In this document: positions 37,938 to 47,456 of the stretch, one piece after another
Position numbering within the stretch: position 1 is the stretch's first letter
Layout: each line of letters starts with the position of its first letter
IMG/VR virus record: IMGVR_UViG_3300048014_000353
Span: 74,551 to 138,550 of that record
Strand: one strand, 5' to 3'
Origin: a virus
DNA: 64,000 nucleotides
Translations under genes and position numbers: made by a program
The notes under the pieces: generated by a model
What the model was told of the DNA's origin: nothing
The model's database searches: none
Seen by the model: the letters and a program-made list of their open reading frames with translations, nothing else

Positions 37938-40231
37938 GTACGCGAAGCCTCAGGGCGGCATGGGCAGCGCTCCTTACCCTCCTAGGTCTCTTCGGGGCGG
38001 GGGCGGCCGCGGGAGTCGTGTGCGAAGCGACGGCGCCCGCGGTCCACCCCCACGTCGTCCTCGAGCGGGCACACGACCAGCGCCGCGGCTATCGCGTCCT
38101 CGCGAGCGCGATCGACGTCTTCGTTCCGAAGGCGCAAGCGTTTCCGTACGGCACGATGATCCAGCCCGCGGCCACGGCGATGAACGTGACCTCGTTGAGC
38201 AGCGTGCTCAACACGGGAGGCAGCTCCTACGGTCTGGGCACGAGCATCGGGTGCCCGGTCACCGCGACCCTGTACCAGAACGGTTCGATCGTTCTTTCCG
38301 GACTCACCGTCGTCGCGTGCACGTCCACCACGTTCCAGCTCACGATTCCGCCCTTGGCGGCGGGACTCTACGACCTGTTCTTTGCGGGTGCGGGGGGCAG
38401 CTGGGTCTTCAATCCAGGCCAGCTCTCCGTTACGACGGCGAACAACCCTTCGACGATCGTGGGCGCCATTCTTCGCGCCGACTGGCCCGCGAAGTCGAAC
38501 TACTGCGGCGGCACCTCCGCGTGCACGACGACCGGCCAGACGATCACCTCCATCGTCGATACGAGCGGCAACGGCAACACGTGCGTCCCGGTGGGGTCGC
38601 CCACTGTGGACATGAATTCGCCGTACTCGCGGATGCCCAACATCCAGACGATGGCGTTCTCGGCGGCATCGTCTCAGTATTGCTCGGTCTCGTCGTTCAG
38701 CCTCGGGACGACGAACAAGCTCTACGTGATGGGCGCGTATTTCGTGCGCGGCACCACGGGCGCGAACCAGGCCCTCTCCGCCACGGCTTCCGGCGGACAG
38801 GAATTCTACGTCGCCGGGAGCACTGGCTACGCGGCCGCCTACAATAACGGCGGCGGGCTCACGCTCACCGATTCCTCGGCGAGCCGCTACAGCACGAACA
38901 TCGTCTACTACGGCGGCGTCGACGCGTCGGGTTCGAACTACGTCCCGCTGCTCAACGTGAACGCGACCGGCGCGCTCACGACGAGTGGCGGCTCCTCCCC
39001 TTCGATCCCAAATAACTCCGCTTTCGCGATGGGCGCGGTTCCAGGCGGCGGCTCGTATTTCAACGGGGAGATCTGCGAAGAGATCGTGATGAACGCGGCG
39101 CCGACGTCGACGCAGCTTTCGCAGCTCTATTCGTACTTCAACGGGTCTTGCGGCATGGTCGGTCCCCCCGTGTTCGTAGGGATGACGACCGTCCAAGCCC
39201 TGACCGCGAACGCGCCGGCCAACATCGCGGTGACCGGAGTAATGGGAACGCCCACGGTCGCCGCGAACATCGGCGGCACCTCGACGCCGCTCACGGTGGT
39301 GGCGAGCGGAAGCACGTGGATCCAAGTGCAGGTCCCGAGCACGGCCGTCGGGACGTACGACATCACGGTGACCAACCCGATCGGAGCCGGCGCGACACAA
39401 GCGAACGCCATGTCTGTGAGCGCGGGGACGCCGACCCCCGAGATGTGTCTCGGAGCGAACCTCATCGCATGGTCCGAGGGGGTTCCAACCTGCAACGGGA
39501 GTCCATGCCTCGGGGGTAGCCTTGTCTCGGCGTGGCCCGACCTCTCTCAGTTGGGCAACACGTGGGTCCAAGCGACGGGGGCTGACCAACCCCTGGTCAA
39601 CAGCCTCGCCGACTCGAACTTCAACGGGTATCCCTCGCTGTCATTCGGCGGTTCGCCGCAGCAGATGCAGATCGCGAGCTGGACGATCCCCGGCACTCCG
39701 ACGGCGACCTACGCCTGGATGGTGGCTCGGCTTGGGTCCCTAGGGATTCAGGTGCTCTTCGACTTCGCGATCGCCGGGAGCGTCCAGGTCCAATACAACA
39801 CGTCGGCCGGCGTACGCGAGGTCTACAACTCGACGACCGCTCCGTACGGCATCCTTACGACCGCGCTGACTCACTTCCTCGTGGGGCGTACGTCGGGGAC
39901 GGGGACAGCGACGCTCGGGATGAACGTCGACAACGGTACCGAAGCCACCAACACGGTGTCGGCCACGCCGGCCTACGGATCGCCAAGCACGAGCTACCTA
40001 GGGTCGAGCGGGGGCTCCAACTACGGGACGTTCACGATCGCGATGATCGCCGTCTCGGGCGGCACGTCGCCGAACATTTCGTGCATGAACACGTACGTCC
40101 AGAAGTTCGGAGCGGGGCTCAACATATCCGGCGAGCGCCCCGCGAACGACAATGGGCGATTCGTCGCGATGGGACTGGCCGCACTCGCCGTTGCGGTTCG
40201 TCGAAGGAAGGCGGTGAAGCGTGCAGCCTGA
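37934..40231 (+). CDS. Surface protein, (IPT/TIG + LamG-like) x2, with signal peptide and C-terminal TM-RRRK anchor
   Basis: GTG start by GTGA overlap; two TIG-like repeats (QLTIPPLAAGLYDL; QVQVPSTAVGTYDITVTNP); two D.S..GN domains; C-terminus FVAMGLAALAVAVRRRK. Confidence 0.6.
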   Translation: MSTRSLRAAWAALLTLLGLFGAGAAAGVVCEATAPAVHPHVVLERAHDQRRGYRVLASAIDVFVPKAQAFPYGTMIQPAATAMNVTSLSSVLNTGGSSYGLGTSIGCPVTATLYQNGSIVLSGLTVVACTSTTFQLTIPPLAAGLYDLFFAGAGGSWVFNPGQLSVTTANNPSTIVGAILRADWPAKSNYCGGTSACTTTGQTITSIVDTSGNGNTCVPVGSPTVDMNSPYSRMPNIQTMAFSAASSQYCSVSSFSLGTTNKLYVMGAYFVRGTTGANQALSATASGGQEFYVAGSTGYAAAYNNGGGLTLTDSSASRYSTNIVYYGGVDASGSNYVPLLNVNATGALTTSGGSSPSIPNNSAFAMGAVPGGGSYFNGEICEEIVMNAAPTSTQLSQLYSYFNGSCGMVGPPVFVGMTTVQALTANAPANIAVTGVMGTPTVAANIGGTSTPLTVVASGSTWIQVQVPSTAVGTYDITVTNPIGAGATQANAMSVSAGTPTPEMCLGANLIAWSEGVPTCNGSPCLGGSLVSAWPDLSQLGNTWVQATGADQPLVNSLADSNFNGYPSLSFGGSPQQMQIASWTIPGTPTATYAWMVARLGSLGIQVLFDFAIAGSVQVQYNTSAGVREVYNSTTAPYGILTTALTHFLVGRTSGTGTATLGMNVDNGTEATNTVSATPAYGSPSTSYLGSSGGSNYGTFTIAMIAVSGGTSPNISCMNTYVQKFGAGLNISGERPANDNGRFVAMGLAALAVAVRRRKAVKRAA

Positions 40232-40853
40232 GAAGAGACGAGCGGTCATCGCGGCGTGTGCCGGACTCCTACTGGTTCTTAGTACGGTCGTTCTCGTGCT
40301 GACTACGCGCGACGCCAAACCGAACGCCGAAGCGGGAGGCCCGGTGCGCGTTGCGGAGACGTACCGCACTGGACTCGACGCCGGAGCGGACGTCTCCCAC
40401 TACATCCTATTTCAGACGGATGCGGGATCGATCGGCGGAGCGGCGCTGGCCCTTCTCCGTCGCGCCGACCTCGATCTCATCCCCGAGGGGGGCATCCCAT
40501 CCTACCTCCCAGACGGGACGATCGATCCCTCGCATCCGACGCTGCACGAACTGGACATCCTCGCGAACTGCTACGTCCCAGGGGAGTACGCGATCGTCCT
40601 GCGGACCAACCAGTTGCGAAACGACCTCGCATGGGCTCAAGCGCTACTCGCGCGCTGCCAGGGCATCGTGGACGCCGGACAGGCAACCGGCAACGAGGCG
40701 GCGTGCCTCGCGGTGGTCACGGCGACCGTGACGCTGACACTCCCCGCGCGCTGGGCAGCGGACGGTGGTGCGTGCTGGTGGTGGCCGACCGACGGGGGGG
40801 TCCCAATGCCGCCCCCACTCCCCGCCGACCTCTACGACGGTGCGACGCCCTAG
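40221..40853 (+). CDS. Membrane-anchored protein
   Basis: N-terminal TM; DAG/DGG motifs. Confidence 0.55.
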   Translation: MQPEKRRAVIAACAGLLLVLSTVVLVLTTRDAKPNAEAGGPVRVAETYRTGLDAGADVSHYILFQTDAGSIGGAALALLRRADLDLIPEGGIPSYLPDGTIDPSHPTLHELDILANCYVPGEYAIVLRTNQLRNDLAWAQALLARCQGIVDAGQATGNEAACLAVVTATVTLTLPARWAADGGACWWWPTDGGVPMPPPLPADLYDGATP

Positions 40854-40925
40854 GGGGCACCAGAACGCGAGGAGGTCATTGGTCTTTGTCATCGCCTTGA
40901 GTCCGCGTCGTGAGGCGGAGCCAAC

Positions 40926-41537
40926 ATGAACGAAGTCGAACGTGACGCGGCGATCGCTGCACTTCCCGAGATCCTCGATCACCTCAAGACCATCAAAGCC
41001 AACACCACACTCACCGCGGAAGAGGTCAAGCGCCACGGCGCACGTCTTACCCATCTGGAGGAGGACGTGCAGGGCCTGAGGGCCAGCGTGACCACGCTCG
41101 AGCAGGAGGTCCGCGCGGGCGTGAACCTTTCCAATGCGGTCGAGGCACCCACCGCGGTGGAGCCGTTGCCCTCACCGCTCCCGCCGACATCGGCGGTCCT
41201 GGCCCCGATGCGCGCTCCAAGCCGCAGCGTCACGAGCGAGGTGCGGGAGAGCCTCCGCGCGACCGAGATGGAGACCAAGGCGCAGACGCCGATGCTCCGT
41301 CAGATCCTCACCGGTCAGCAGGGGTCCAATGCTCGTCAGGCCGTGAGCGTGTTCGTGGGCATGACCCTCGCGGTCGCCGTTGCGAACCTCGTCACCTGGT
41401 GCCAGCCGGCGATGCCTGCGTCGCCCTTCCGGCAGAACCCCCCGCAGGTGGCTCCCGCGCCGCGCACGTACGCGCCGCCGCCCGCCGAACTGCCCGCGCC
41501 CGCGCCCATTCCGCTGCCGTCACCGCCCACGCGGTGA
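40926..41537 (+). CDS. Coiled-coil + TM protein (possible lysis accessory)
   Basis: Heptads LTHLEEDVQGLRASVTTLEQEV; TM AVSVFVGMTLAVAVANLV; Pro-rich tail. Confidence 0.5.
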   Translation: MNEVERDAAIAALPEILDHLKTIKANTTLTAEEVKRHGARLTHLEEDVQGLRASVTTLEQEVRAGVNLSNAVEAPTAVEPLPSPLPPTSAVLAPMRAPSRSVTSEVRESLRATEMETKAQTPMLRQILTGQQGSNARQAVSVFVGMTLAVAVANLVTWCQPAMPASPFRQNPPQVAPAPRTYAPPPAELPAPAPIPLPSPPTR

Positions 41538-41601
41538 GGTCTCGTCGCGCGCTCCGTCGAGCGCGCGTCGCGTCTCCGTAACCCGAACCAAGGACAACCC
41601 C

Positions 41602-42381
41602 ATGCTCCGAACGAACGCTGTGCGCGTGCGTGACGCCGCCGTGCGTCTTTTGCCGAACCGTAGCGAGATCTCGCTCACGGTGATGAGCTTCCTGGCGCTC
41701 TCGACCATGATCATCTTCAGCCGTGTGGCCTTCGCGCAGCAGGTGGCGCCGCCCGCCGCCCTCGCGACCGGCACGCCGATCATGCTCTGGGCGAGCGTCG
41801 CCGGCATCCTCGTGCACGCGGCCATGAGCCTCGTGGCCCCCGGCACCCCCACGCCGTGGAATCTCCCGGCCAGCACGCGCTTTTACCTCGGCGCGGCGCT
41901 CAGCGCACTGTCGGGGCTCGCGAGCCTCCTGCAGACCGGCGCCACGGTCCAGAGCGCGCTCCTCACGTCGCTCGGAACCCTCATCGCCGCGCTCGTCGCC
42001 CACGCCCCGCAGCTCGCCGCGAAGGACGAGCCCCGTCCGGGCAACGGTGGCGGCGGTACGCTCGGCGCGCTCAGCGCGGGTGCGCTCCTGGCGGCAGTCG
42101 CGATCGGCGCTTCGGGGTGCACGGCGGCGCAGTCGGCCAACGACCAGAAGACCGCCAACTCGGTCCTCTCGGGGCTCCAGCAGGCGTGCGTCGACGCCGA
42201 GATGCTCGCGCCAGTCCTCGATCCGTCGCTCTCCGCGACGGACCTCGCCACGATCAAGACCACGTGCGGACTCGAGGCCTTCGCCGACAGCGTCATTCAG
42301 CAAGCCGAAGCCCTCTTCGCCGCTCAGCCCGCCGTCGCCGCGCAGATGAAGAAGGTCGCGGCCGCCAAGGCCCACAAGTGA
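41602..42381 (+). CDS. Multi-TM holin-like membrane protein with internal lipobox-like motif
   Basis: AAGGA RBS; 4-5 hydrophobic segments; LLAAVAIGASGC then soluble helical tail. Confidence 0.5.
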   Translation: MLRTNAVRVRDAAVRLLPNRSEISLTVMSFLALSTMIIFSRVAFAQQVAPPAALATGTPIMLWASVAGILVHAAMSLVAPGTPTPWNLPASTRFYLGAALSALSGLASLLQTGATVQSALLTSLGTLIAALVAHAPQLAAKDEPRPGNGGGGTLGALSAGALLAAVAIGASGCTAAQSANDQKTANSVLSGLQQACVDAEMLAPVLDPSLSATDLATIKTTCGLEAFADSVIQQAEALFAAQPAVAAQMKKVAAAKAHK

Positions 42382-42671
42382 ACCGCCCCCTGTCGGACGC
42401 GTGGTTCGTCCTTGGCGCGCTCGTCGCTCTCTCGCCGGTGCTCTTCGCGTGCGGGGGCGAGAAGTGGCTGCCGGCGGACACGGCGAGCGCGACGGTCGCC
42501 GTGCGCGCCGAAGTGCGCGTCGAGGAGATCTGCGCGGCCGACGGGGGCTCGTGTGACCCGGCCCTGGTGCGCGCGCTCGTGCGCATGCCGCTCTGCGAGC
42601 ACGCCTCGATGCTCGCGCACCACGGGCAGACGGTCCCCGACTTGCGAGGTGTCGCGTGCCAGCCGAAATGA
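42378..42671 (+). CDS. Lipoprotein (o-spanin-like position)
   Basis: GTGA-coupled; LGALVALSPVLFAC lipobox; four further Cys. Confidence 0.55.
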   Translation: MNRPLSDAWFVLGALVALSPVLFACGGEKWLPADTASATVAVRAEVRVEEICAADGGSCDPALVRALVRMPLCEHASMLAHHGQTVPDLRGVACQPK

Positions 42672-42943
42672 GATTCGACGAGAGCGTCGTCGCCCAGCAC
42701 TTCGCCGAGCTCTCGACGCTCACGGGCATGACGCAGCAGGAGTTCGCGGACTTCGAACGGCTCTTGCCCGCCGATCAGGCGCTCGTCGTCGAGGGCATGC
42801 GCGTGCAGGTGTGGACCCGCGGAGGCGCAAGCGCGCTGCCGAGGATTCTCGCCATCTTGCAGGTCTTGGCGACGGTCGCGGGCGTGGTGACGGGCGTGAG
42901 CGGAGCCATCAGTGCGGTCAACGCGCTCCGAGGGGTGCTCTAG
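42668..42943 (+). CDS. Hypothetical protein with hydrophobic C-terminus
   Basis: ATGA-coupled start at 42668. Confidence 0.5.
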   Translation: MRFDESVVAQHFAELSTLTGMTQQEFADFERLLPADQALVVEGMRVQVWTRGGASALPRILAILQVLATVAGVVTGVSGAISAVNALRGVL

Positions 42944-43309
42944 ATGAAGCTGAAACCCGTCCGATCCACCTACGGCGATCCCTACGGTCACTCGTTCTAC
43001 TGCCCCGGGTGCAAGGAGTCGCACACGATTCCGACCGTGGGGGATCATGCCTGGGGATTCAACGGCGACGTTGAGACCCCGACGTTCACCCCCTCGATTC
43101 GCGTGTCGTACACGTACGGCGCCGAGCGCATCGAGGTCGTCTGCCACTCGTTCGTCGAGAGCGGCAAGATTCGTTTCCTTCACGACTGCACGCACGCGTT
43201 GCGGGGGCAGACCGTGGAGCTCCCGCAATGGGACGAGAGCCAGTTCGAGGGCGGCCCCGACGAGGGACCGCGCGCCCTCGCGCTGAAGGCTCTCCTCGCA
43301 GATCAATGA
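42944..43309 (+). CDS. DUF6527-like Cys/His protein
   Basis: FYCPGC...H.I......W.FNGD...PTFTPSI......CHSFV..GKI.FL.DCTH.L.GQTV.LP. Confidence 0.75.
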   Translation: MKLKPVRSTYGDPYGHSFYCPGCKESHTIPTVGDHAWGFNGDVETPTFTPSIRVSYTYGAERIEVVCHSFVESGKIRFLHDCTHALRGQTVELPQWDESQFEGGPDEGPRALALKALLADQ

Positions 43310-43327
43310 CCTTCCGGAGATTGACCC

Positions 43328-43852
43328 ATGGGTGACTTTCGACTCGAAGTAGACGCGACCGGCGGACACGGATGCGACCGCGACGCCCATGAAGGGGAAA
43401 TCGTCCGCGCGTGTGGCCGGCAGGGGTGCCCCGACTGCGAATTCCGGCGCTTCCTCGCGCAGCCGACGGTGATCGGCACGCTCCGCAGCGCCAAGCTCGT
43501 GCACTGGCCGGGGCAGACCTGTGAGGTCGTCGACGAGTACAGGCCGGTCTACTACGTCGGCAGCTCCTCGCCGTACATCGAAGCGCGGCGCGTGAAAGGC
43601 TCGTTCAAAGCGCCGCCTGCCCCGGCGCCGTCCCCCGAGGTTCCCCCGCCGGACGTCATCGCCGAACCGGTGAGCGCCCAGCCGCTCGAGACCGCGCCGA
43701 CCGACCCATCGCCGGCGCTCCTTGCCGAAGCGGCCCCCGCGGCGGCCCCCGCGCTCAACGGAGATGAGACCGGCAACTCTGCGCCGGGCGTCGCGATCGT
43801 CATCGCTGACGCCGCACTCCCCGCTCCTGAGGAGCCCAAGCCGTCGCCGTGA
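43328..43852 (+). CDS. Hypothetical protein (Cys cluster + Pro/Ala tail)
   Basis: GGHGCDR...C....CPDC; VHWPG. Confidence 0.55.
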   Translation: MGDFRLEVDATGGHGCDRDAHEGEIVRACGRQGCPDCEFRRFLAQPTVIGTLRSAKLVHWPGQTCEVVDEYRPVYYVGSSSPYIEARRVKGSFKAPPAPAPSPEVPPPDVIAEPVSAQPLETAPTDPSPALLAEAAPAAAPALNGDETGNSAPGVAIVIADAALPAPEEPKPSP

Positions 43853-44182
43853 GCTGGAGCTGCGTCCTTGTGGACGTGACGCGCAAGACGCCGGAGGAGC
43901 GCATGCGGCTCCCGGTCGGAGCGATGTACTTCGCGCCCTGGCTTCTTGCGCGGCAGTCCGGTCTTTCCCGACAGTACCTGCGCGATTGGATGGGCAAGCG
44001 CGCCCCCATCGTGCTCTGCCTGCCGGGTGCGGGGCTTCACTGCCTGGATCGGGAGTGGTATCCGTACGTCACTCGGCATCGGCCAGCGCCCCGAAGGCGG
44101 GTGGCTCTATCACGGCTGGCTGAAGGCCGGCGTCCTGTCCGACGACCTCGACGGGCGTACCTATCCGCCGCGTGTCGATTGA
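43849..44182 (+). pseudogene. Possibly frameshifted hypothetical gene
   Basis: Protein-like N-part (...PIVLCLPG.GLHCLD) and C-part (YHGWLKAGVLSDDLDGRTYP) are in different frames. Confidence 0.4.
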
Positions 44183-44247
44183 GTACCGATTGCGGGCCCC
44201 TGGTCGAATCGGGTTAGGTGAGCGTGGAGAGGGACACGCTCACCCCC

Positions 44248-44391
44248 ATGTTCGACTTCCCGGATTCGGAGGGGGCACGCACGGAGACACGCGCGCACAT
44301 GCGCGGCCTGGCGCGCGCGAGCGTGTGGGCCGTCGTCGGTCTTGTTCTCGCTCTCGCGCTCTACGCCTTCCTCTCCCGAGGGACCCCATGA
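44248..44391 (+). CDS. 47-aa single-TM protein
   Basis: SVWAVVGLVLALALYAFL; ATGA-coupled to protease. Confidence 0.5.
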   Translation: MFDFPDSEGARTETRAHMRGLARASVWAVVGLVLALALYAFLSRGTP

Positions 44392-45320
44392 CGACTGCCG
44401 CATACGAAGCGATCTCCCGCCAGCACGCCGCCGGCGTGACCCACATCAACGGCCGTGGTCTTGGAGGACGCCCCGACCATGCGTCGCGCGCGCCGATGTA
44501 CGGCGCGGCGCGCACGCTCATCGGCGACTCGCCAGCCCCCAACGGGAGCGCGTCGCTCGCGCGGTACGAATGCGCCTGCCTCGACCAGGGGCAGACGGGG
44601 AGCTGCACGGGGCACGGAACCGTCCAGGCGCTCGCCTGTTCGCGCGCACTCTCGTTCGTGGCGTCGCCCAACGGGATCTACTGCGGCATCCGGTGCGAGG
44701 AGCGGACTCCGGGCCCCAACGGCGTCCTTCCGCCGCTCACGGACTCGGGCGGGATGCCCGCCGACATCGTGACCGTGCTGCAGAAGATCGGGGTGCGCCC
44801 GATCCAGGCGCCAACCGCCGACGGGCGCTACAGCGACGTCGATCCGGCCACGGTCAACAACGAGCCGGAGCTCAACGATCTCGCTACCGCAGCGATGACG
44901 GTCGAGACTGGCGCGTACCTCATCGACTTCACGGCGCCGAACGCGTCCGACCAGATCGCCGCCGCGCTCGACGCCGGCTACGCGATCGGCATCGCAGTCT
45001 TCGTGGACTCGGCGTTCGAAGCGTGGGGGTCCAACTGGACCCCGACGACCGCGCCGGTCAACGACGTGAACCTCAATGACCCGAACGGCGGGGGGCACTG
45101 GATGTGCCTCAACGAGTACACGTCCATCAACGGCGTGCGCGTGTTCGCGGGGATCAATTCGTGGTCGACCAGCTGGGGCGCACCCGCGATGGTCGATCCG
45201 GCAAACTGCCCGAACGCGGGCGGTCACTACCGCGTGACCGAGGCATGGCTCCTGAAAGCCTGCGCCCAGGCGGTCATCTTCCAGTTCGGCGCGGTCGCGT
45301 CGAAGAAAGCGGCGGTCTGA
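44388..45320 (+). CDS. Papain-like cysteine protease (C1 family)
   Basis: DQGQTGSCTGHG (Gln/Cys), GGGHWMCL (His), INSWSTSWG (Asn). Confidence 0.88.
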   Translation: MTTAAYEAISRQHAAGVTHINGRGLGGRPDHASRAPMYGAARTLIGDSPAPNGSASLARYECACLDQGQTGSCTGHGTVQALACSRALSFVASPNGIYCGIRCEERTPGPNGVLPPLTDSGGMPADIVTVLQKIGVRPIQAPTADGRYSDVDPATVNNEPELNDLATAAMTVETGAYLIDFTAPNASDQIAAALDAGYAIGIAVFVDSAFEAWGSNWTPTTAPVNDVNLNDPNGGGHWMCLNEYTSINGVRVFAGINSWSTSWGAPAMVDPANCPNAGGHYRVTEAWLLKACAQAVIFQFGAVASKKAAV

Positions 45321-45628
45321 TGCGAACGCTCCTCGCTCTCCTTTGCGCGGCCGCCACCATCGCGTGCTGCAAGCCGACTCCAACGACGCTCGCGGGCCCC
45401 GCGGCCGCAGGCGACGGCGGCCCGACGCCCGCGTCGTTCGCCGATGAGGGCACGGCCGTGTGCGCGCATCTCTCGGCCATCGGGTGCGCGATGCCAGCGA
45501 CCTGCGTGCAGGTGTTCCACGACGACCAGGGGAAGCTCACGGACTTCAAGCCCGCGTGCCTCCTGGCCGCCGCGACGCCCGCCGCCGCGAACGCGTGCGG
45601 AACCCTTCGCTGTCCGGTGACCCCATGA
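45320..45628 (+). CDS. Cys-rich lipoprotein
   Basis: MRTLLALLCAAATIAC; C.HL..IGC motif. Confidence 0.65.
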   Translation: MRTLLALLCAAATIACCKPTPTTLAGPAAAGDGGPTPASFADEGTAVCAHLSAIGCAMPATCVQVFHDDQGKLTDFKPACLLAAATPAAANACGTLRCPVTP

Positions 45629-45963
45629 AGTATCTCTCGTTCGACTACCTGATCGTCGCCCTCTGCGGGGCGCTCTTTGCCGCGATCGCGCTCACCCCCG
45701 GGTGCAGCGCGAGCTTCAATGGCGCGGCGACGGCCGCCGCTCCGGGGGACTGCGGCGGGCACATGACGTGCGGCAGCTTTTGCTGCACGGAGGCCGAGGA
45801 CGGCGCGACGGACTGGGAGTGCGGCGGAACCTGGCCCGAGTGCAAGGCCGGCACGTGCTGCTACACGGGCGAGGGTGCCGTCGGCCCCGGCGACCACAGC
45901 GCGACCTTCGGCGGCGCGCGCGCGCCGGTGAGCCGCGTCGTTCCGTTGACGGCGCGAAGGTAG
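45625..45963 (+). CDS. Cys-rich lipoprotein
   Basis: Hydrophobic leader ending LTPGC; eight further Cys. Confidence 0.65.
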   Translation: MKYLSFDYLIVALCGALFAAIALTPGCSASFNGAATAAAPGDCGGHMTCGSFCCTEAEDGATDWECGGTWPECKAGTCCYTGEGAVGPGDHSATFGGARAPVSRVVPLTARR

Positions 45964-45969
45964 GCGCGC

Positions 45970-46164
45970 GTGACGCACACGGTGGCCTTTCTCTTCATCC
46001 TGGGCGCGTGCCTCGCGGCGTGCGCCGAGTTCTCGGACGCGGCCGACATCCCGTGCTCCGACGAGCCGGGCATGGTCCAGGACCATGCGACATGCCTTCC
46101 GGAGAAGTTCGCGGCGCCACGGCCGCACGTCGCGCCCACGGACGCAGGGAAGGGCGCGCGATGA
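45970..46164 (+). CDS. Small lipoprotein
   Basis: VAFLFILGACLAAC lipobox. Confidence 0.55.
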   Translation: MTHTVAFLFILGACLAACAEFSDAADIPCSDEPGMVQDHATCLPEKFAAPRPHVAPTDAGKGAR

Positions 46165-46346
46165 CGACCCATCGGCGGCTCACCTACTGCGACTTCAGGA
46201 CGCTTGCCGAGGGGCGCCGTCGGCAGCGCAACGAGGACGTATCGCTTCTGCGGTTGCGGGCGGAAGAGAGTTCGCCGCTTGTGCGCGACCTCCTCAACTC
46301 TCTCGCCGACGAGATCGTCGCGCGTGCGGAGAAAGCCGGCGCATGA
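46161..46346 (+). CDS. Hypothetical protein
   Basis: ATGA-coupled chain. Confidence 0.45.
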   Translation: MTTHRRLTYCDFRTLAEGRRRQRNEDVSLLRLRAEESSPLVRDLLNSLADEIVARAEKAGA

Positions 46347-46546
46347 GTCTCCGGATGGATCGCCGTTCCGTCTCGCGCGCGTCGCCCGAGGCGCTCCGGC
46401 GACTGGCGAGCTTCATCGGCGTCGCGTCGCGCGCGTGCGACTGCGACCGCTGCCACGCGCGCTTGGCCGAGCTCGTGGTGCGTAAGCTCGACGCCATCGA
46501 GCGGGTCGAGGTCACGCGCAAGAGCCGGCGCGAGGTCGCCGCATGA
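46343..46546 (+). CDS. Hypothetical protein with CDCDRC motif
   Basis: ATGA-coupled chain. Confidence 0.45.
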   Translation: MSLRMDRRSVSRASPEALRRLASFIGVASRACDCDRCHARLAELVVRKLDAIERVEVTRKSRREVAA

Positions 46547-46998
46547 GGAACGACCCGATGGGTGAACGCGACATCGTCGATCTGCTCGCGAAGCACGAGG
46601 GGCGAGCCCGACCCGCGCTCGGGCCGCCGCGCACCACGATGGCGCAGATCGACGCGGCCCTCGCGCGCGCCCACGCGGCCGAGGCCGCGCGCCTCCGTCG
46701 GCACGAGGCCGAGGACGCGGCCACGCGCGCGCGCGAGGCGAGCACGGTGCCCACGCCCGTCGAGCCCGCGCCTCGCCCGGCCCTTCCGCGCGTGCCCCGT
46801 CGGCCGAAGGCGGAAGCCGCGCCGAAGCCCGAGCGCGAAGCCCGAACGCCGACGGCCCCCGAGGGAAGCCGGCTCGCGCAGGTGCAGGCGCGGGTGGAAG
46901 AGTTGGCGGCCGCCACGGCGCAAGCGGCACGGCGCAAGAAACTTCAGGAGGGGATCCAGGCGCAGCGCGCGCGCCTGTTGCGCAAAGCGGGCTGCTAG
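46543..46998 (+). CDS. Hypothetical Ala/Arg-rich helical protein
   Basis: ATGA-coupled chain. Confidence 0.45.
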   Translation: MRNDPMGERDIVDLLAKHEGRARPALGPPRTTMAQIDAALARAHAAEAARLRRHEAEDAATRAREASTVPTPVEPAPRPALPRVPRRPKAEAAPKPEREARTPTAPEGSRLAQVQARVEELAAATAQAARRKKLQEGIQAQRARLLRKAGC

Positions 46999-47078
46999 CC
47001 GCAGCGGACACGCCGAGGCGCGACGTCACGGTTCTTGGAGCGAGGAGACCCACCCTGTCCGTACCCCTTGGGAAGCCG

Positions 47079-47456
47079 ATGATCCTCACCTGCCTGCGTC
47101 ACCGGACTGCGTCGTGCGACCCCGCGAACAGCTCCATCTGGGAGATGGACGTCCGACGCGGCATTCATCCCCCGCGGCCGATCATCATCGCGCGCATCGT
47201 GCTCGGCAGCGCACTTCCCATCGACGTCGAGATCCCCATCTGCACCTCGCGCGTTCCGCGCAAGCTCTCGTGGCCGATCCAGTTCGTCGCGAACGGAACC
47301 TGGCGCATCGCGCTCGCCCGCTACGGCCATGACCTCCGTGAGCTCACCGAGCCCATGGAGTTCGATGATCGCCTTCCCATCGGGAGCCTCGATCTCCTTT
47401 GCTGCCCGCCCGACGTGCAGAACGATCTGCTGGGCATCGACGAGCTGCCGCTATGA
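47079..47456 (+). CDS. Hypothetical protein
   Basis: ATGA-coupled to gmk. Confidence 0.45.
   Translation: MILTCLRHRTASCDPANSSIWEMDVRRGIHPPRPIIIARIVLGSALPIDVEIPICTSRVPRKLSWPIQFVANGTWRIALARYGHDLRELTEPMEFDDRLPIGSLDLLCCPPDVQNDLLGIDELPL

Noticed and set aside
1501-42729. Long antisense and alternate-frame ORFs (e.g. 1501-4152, 16472-18679, 19022-21133, 37982-39589)
   Set aside because: Arg/Gly-rich shadow frames expected from high GC3 on the coding strand
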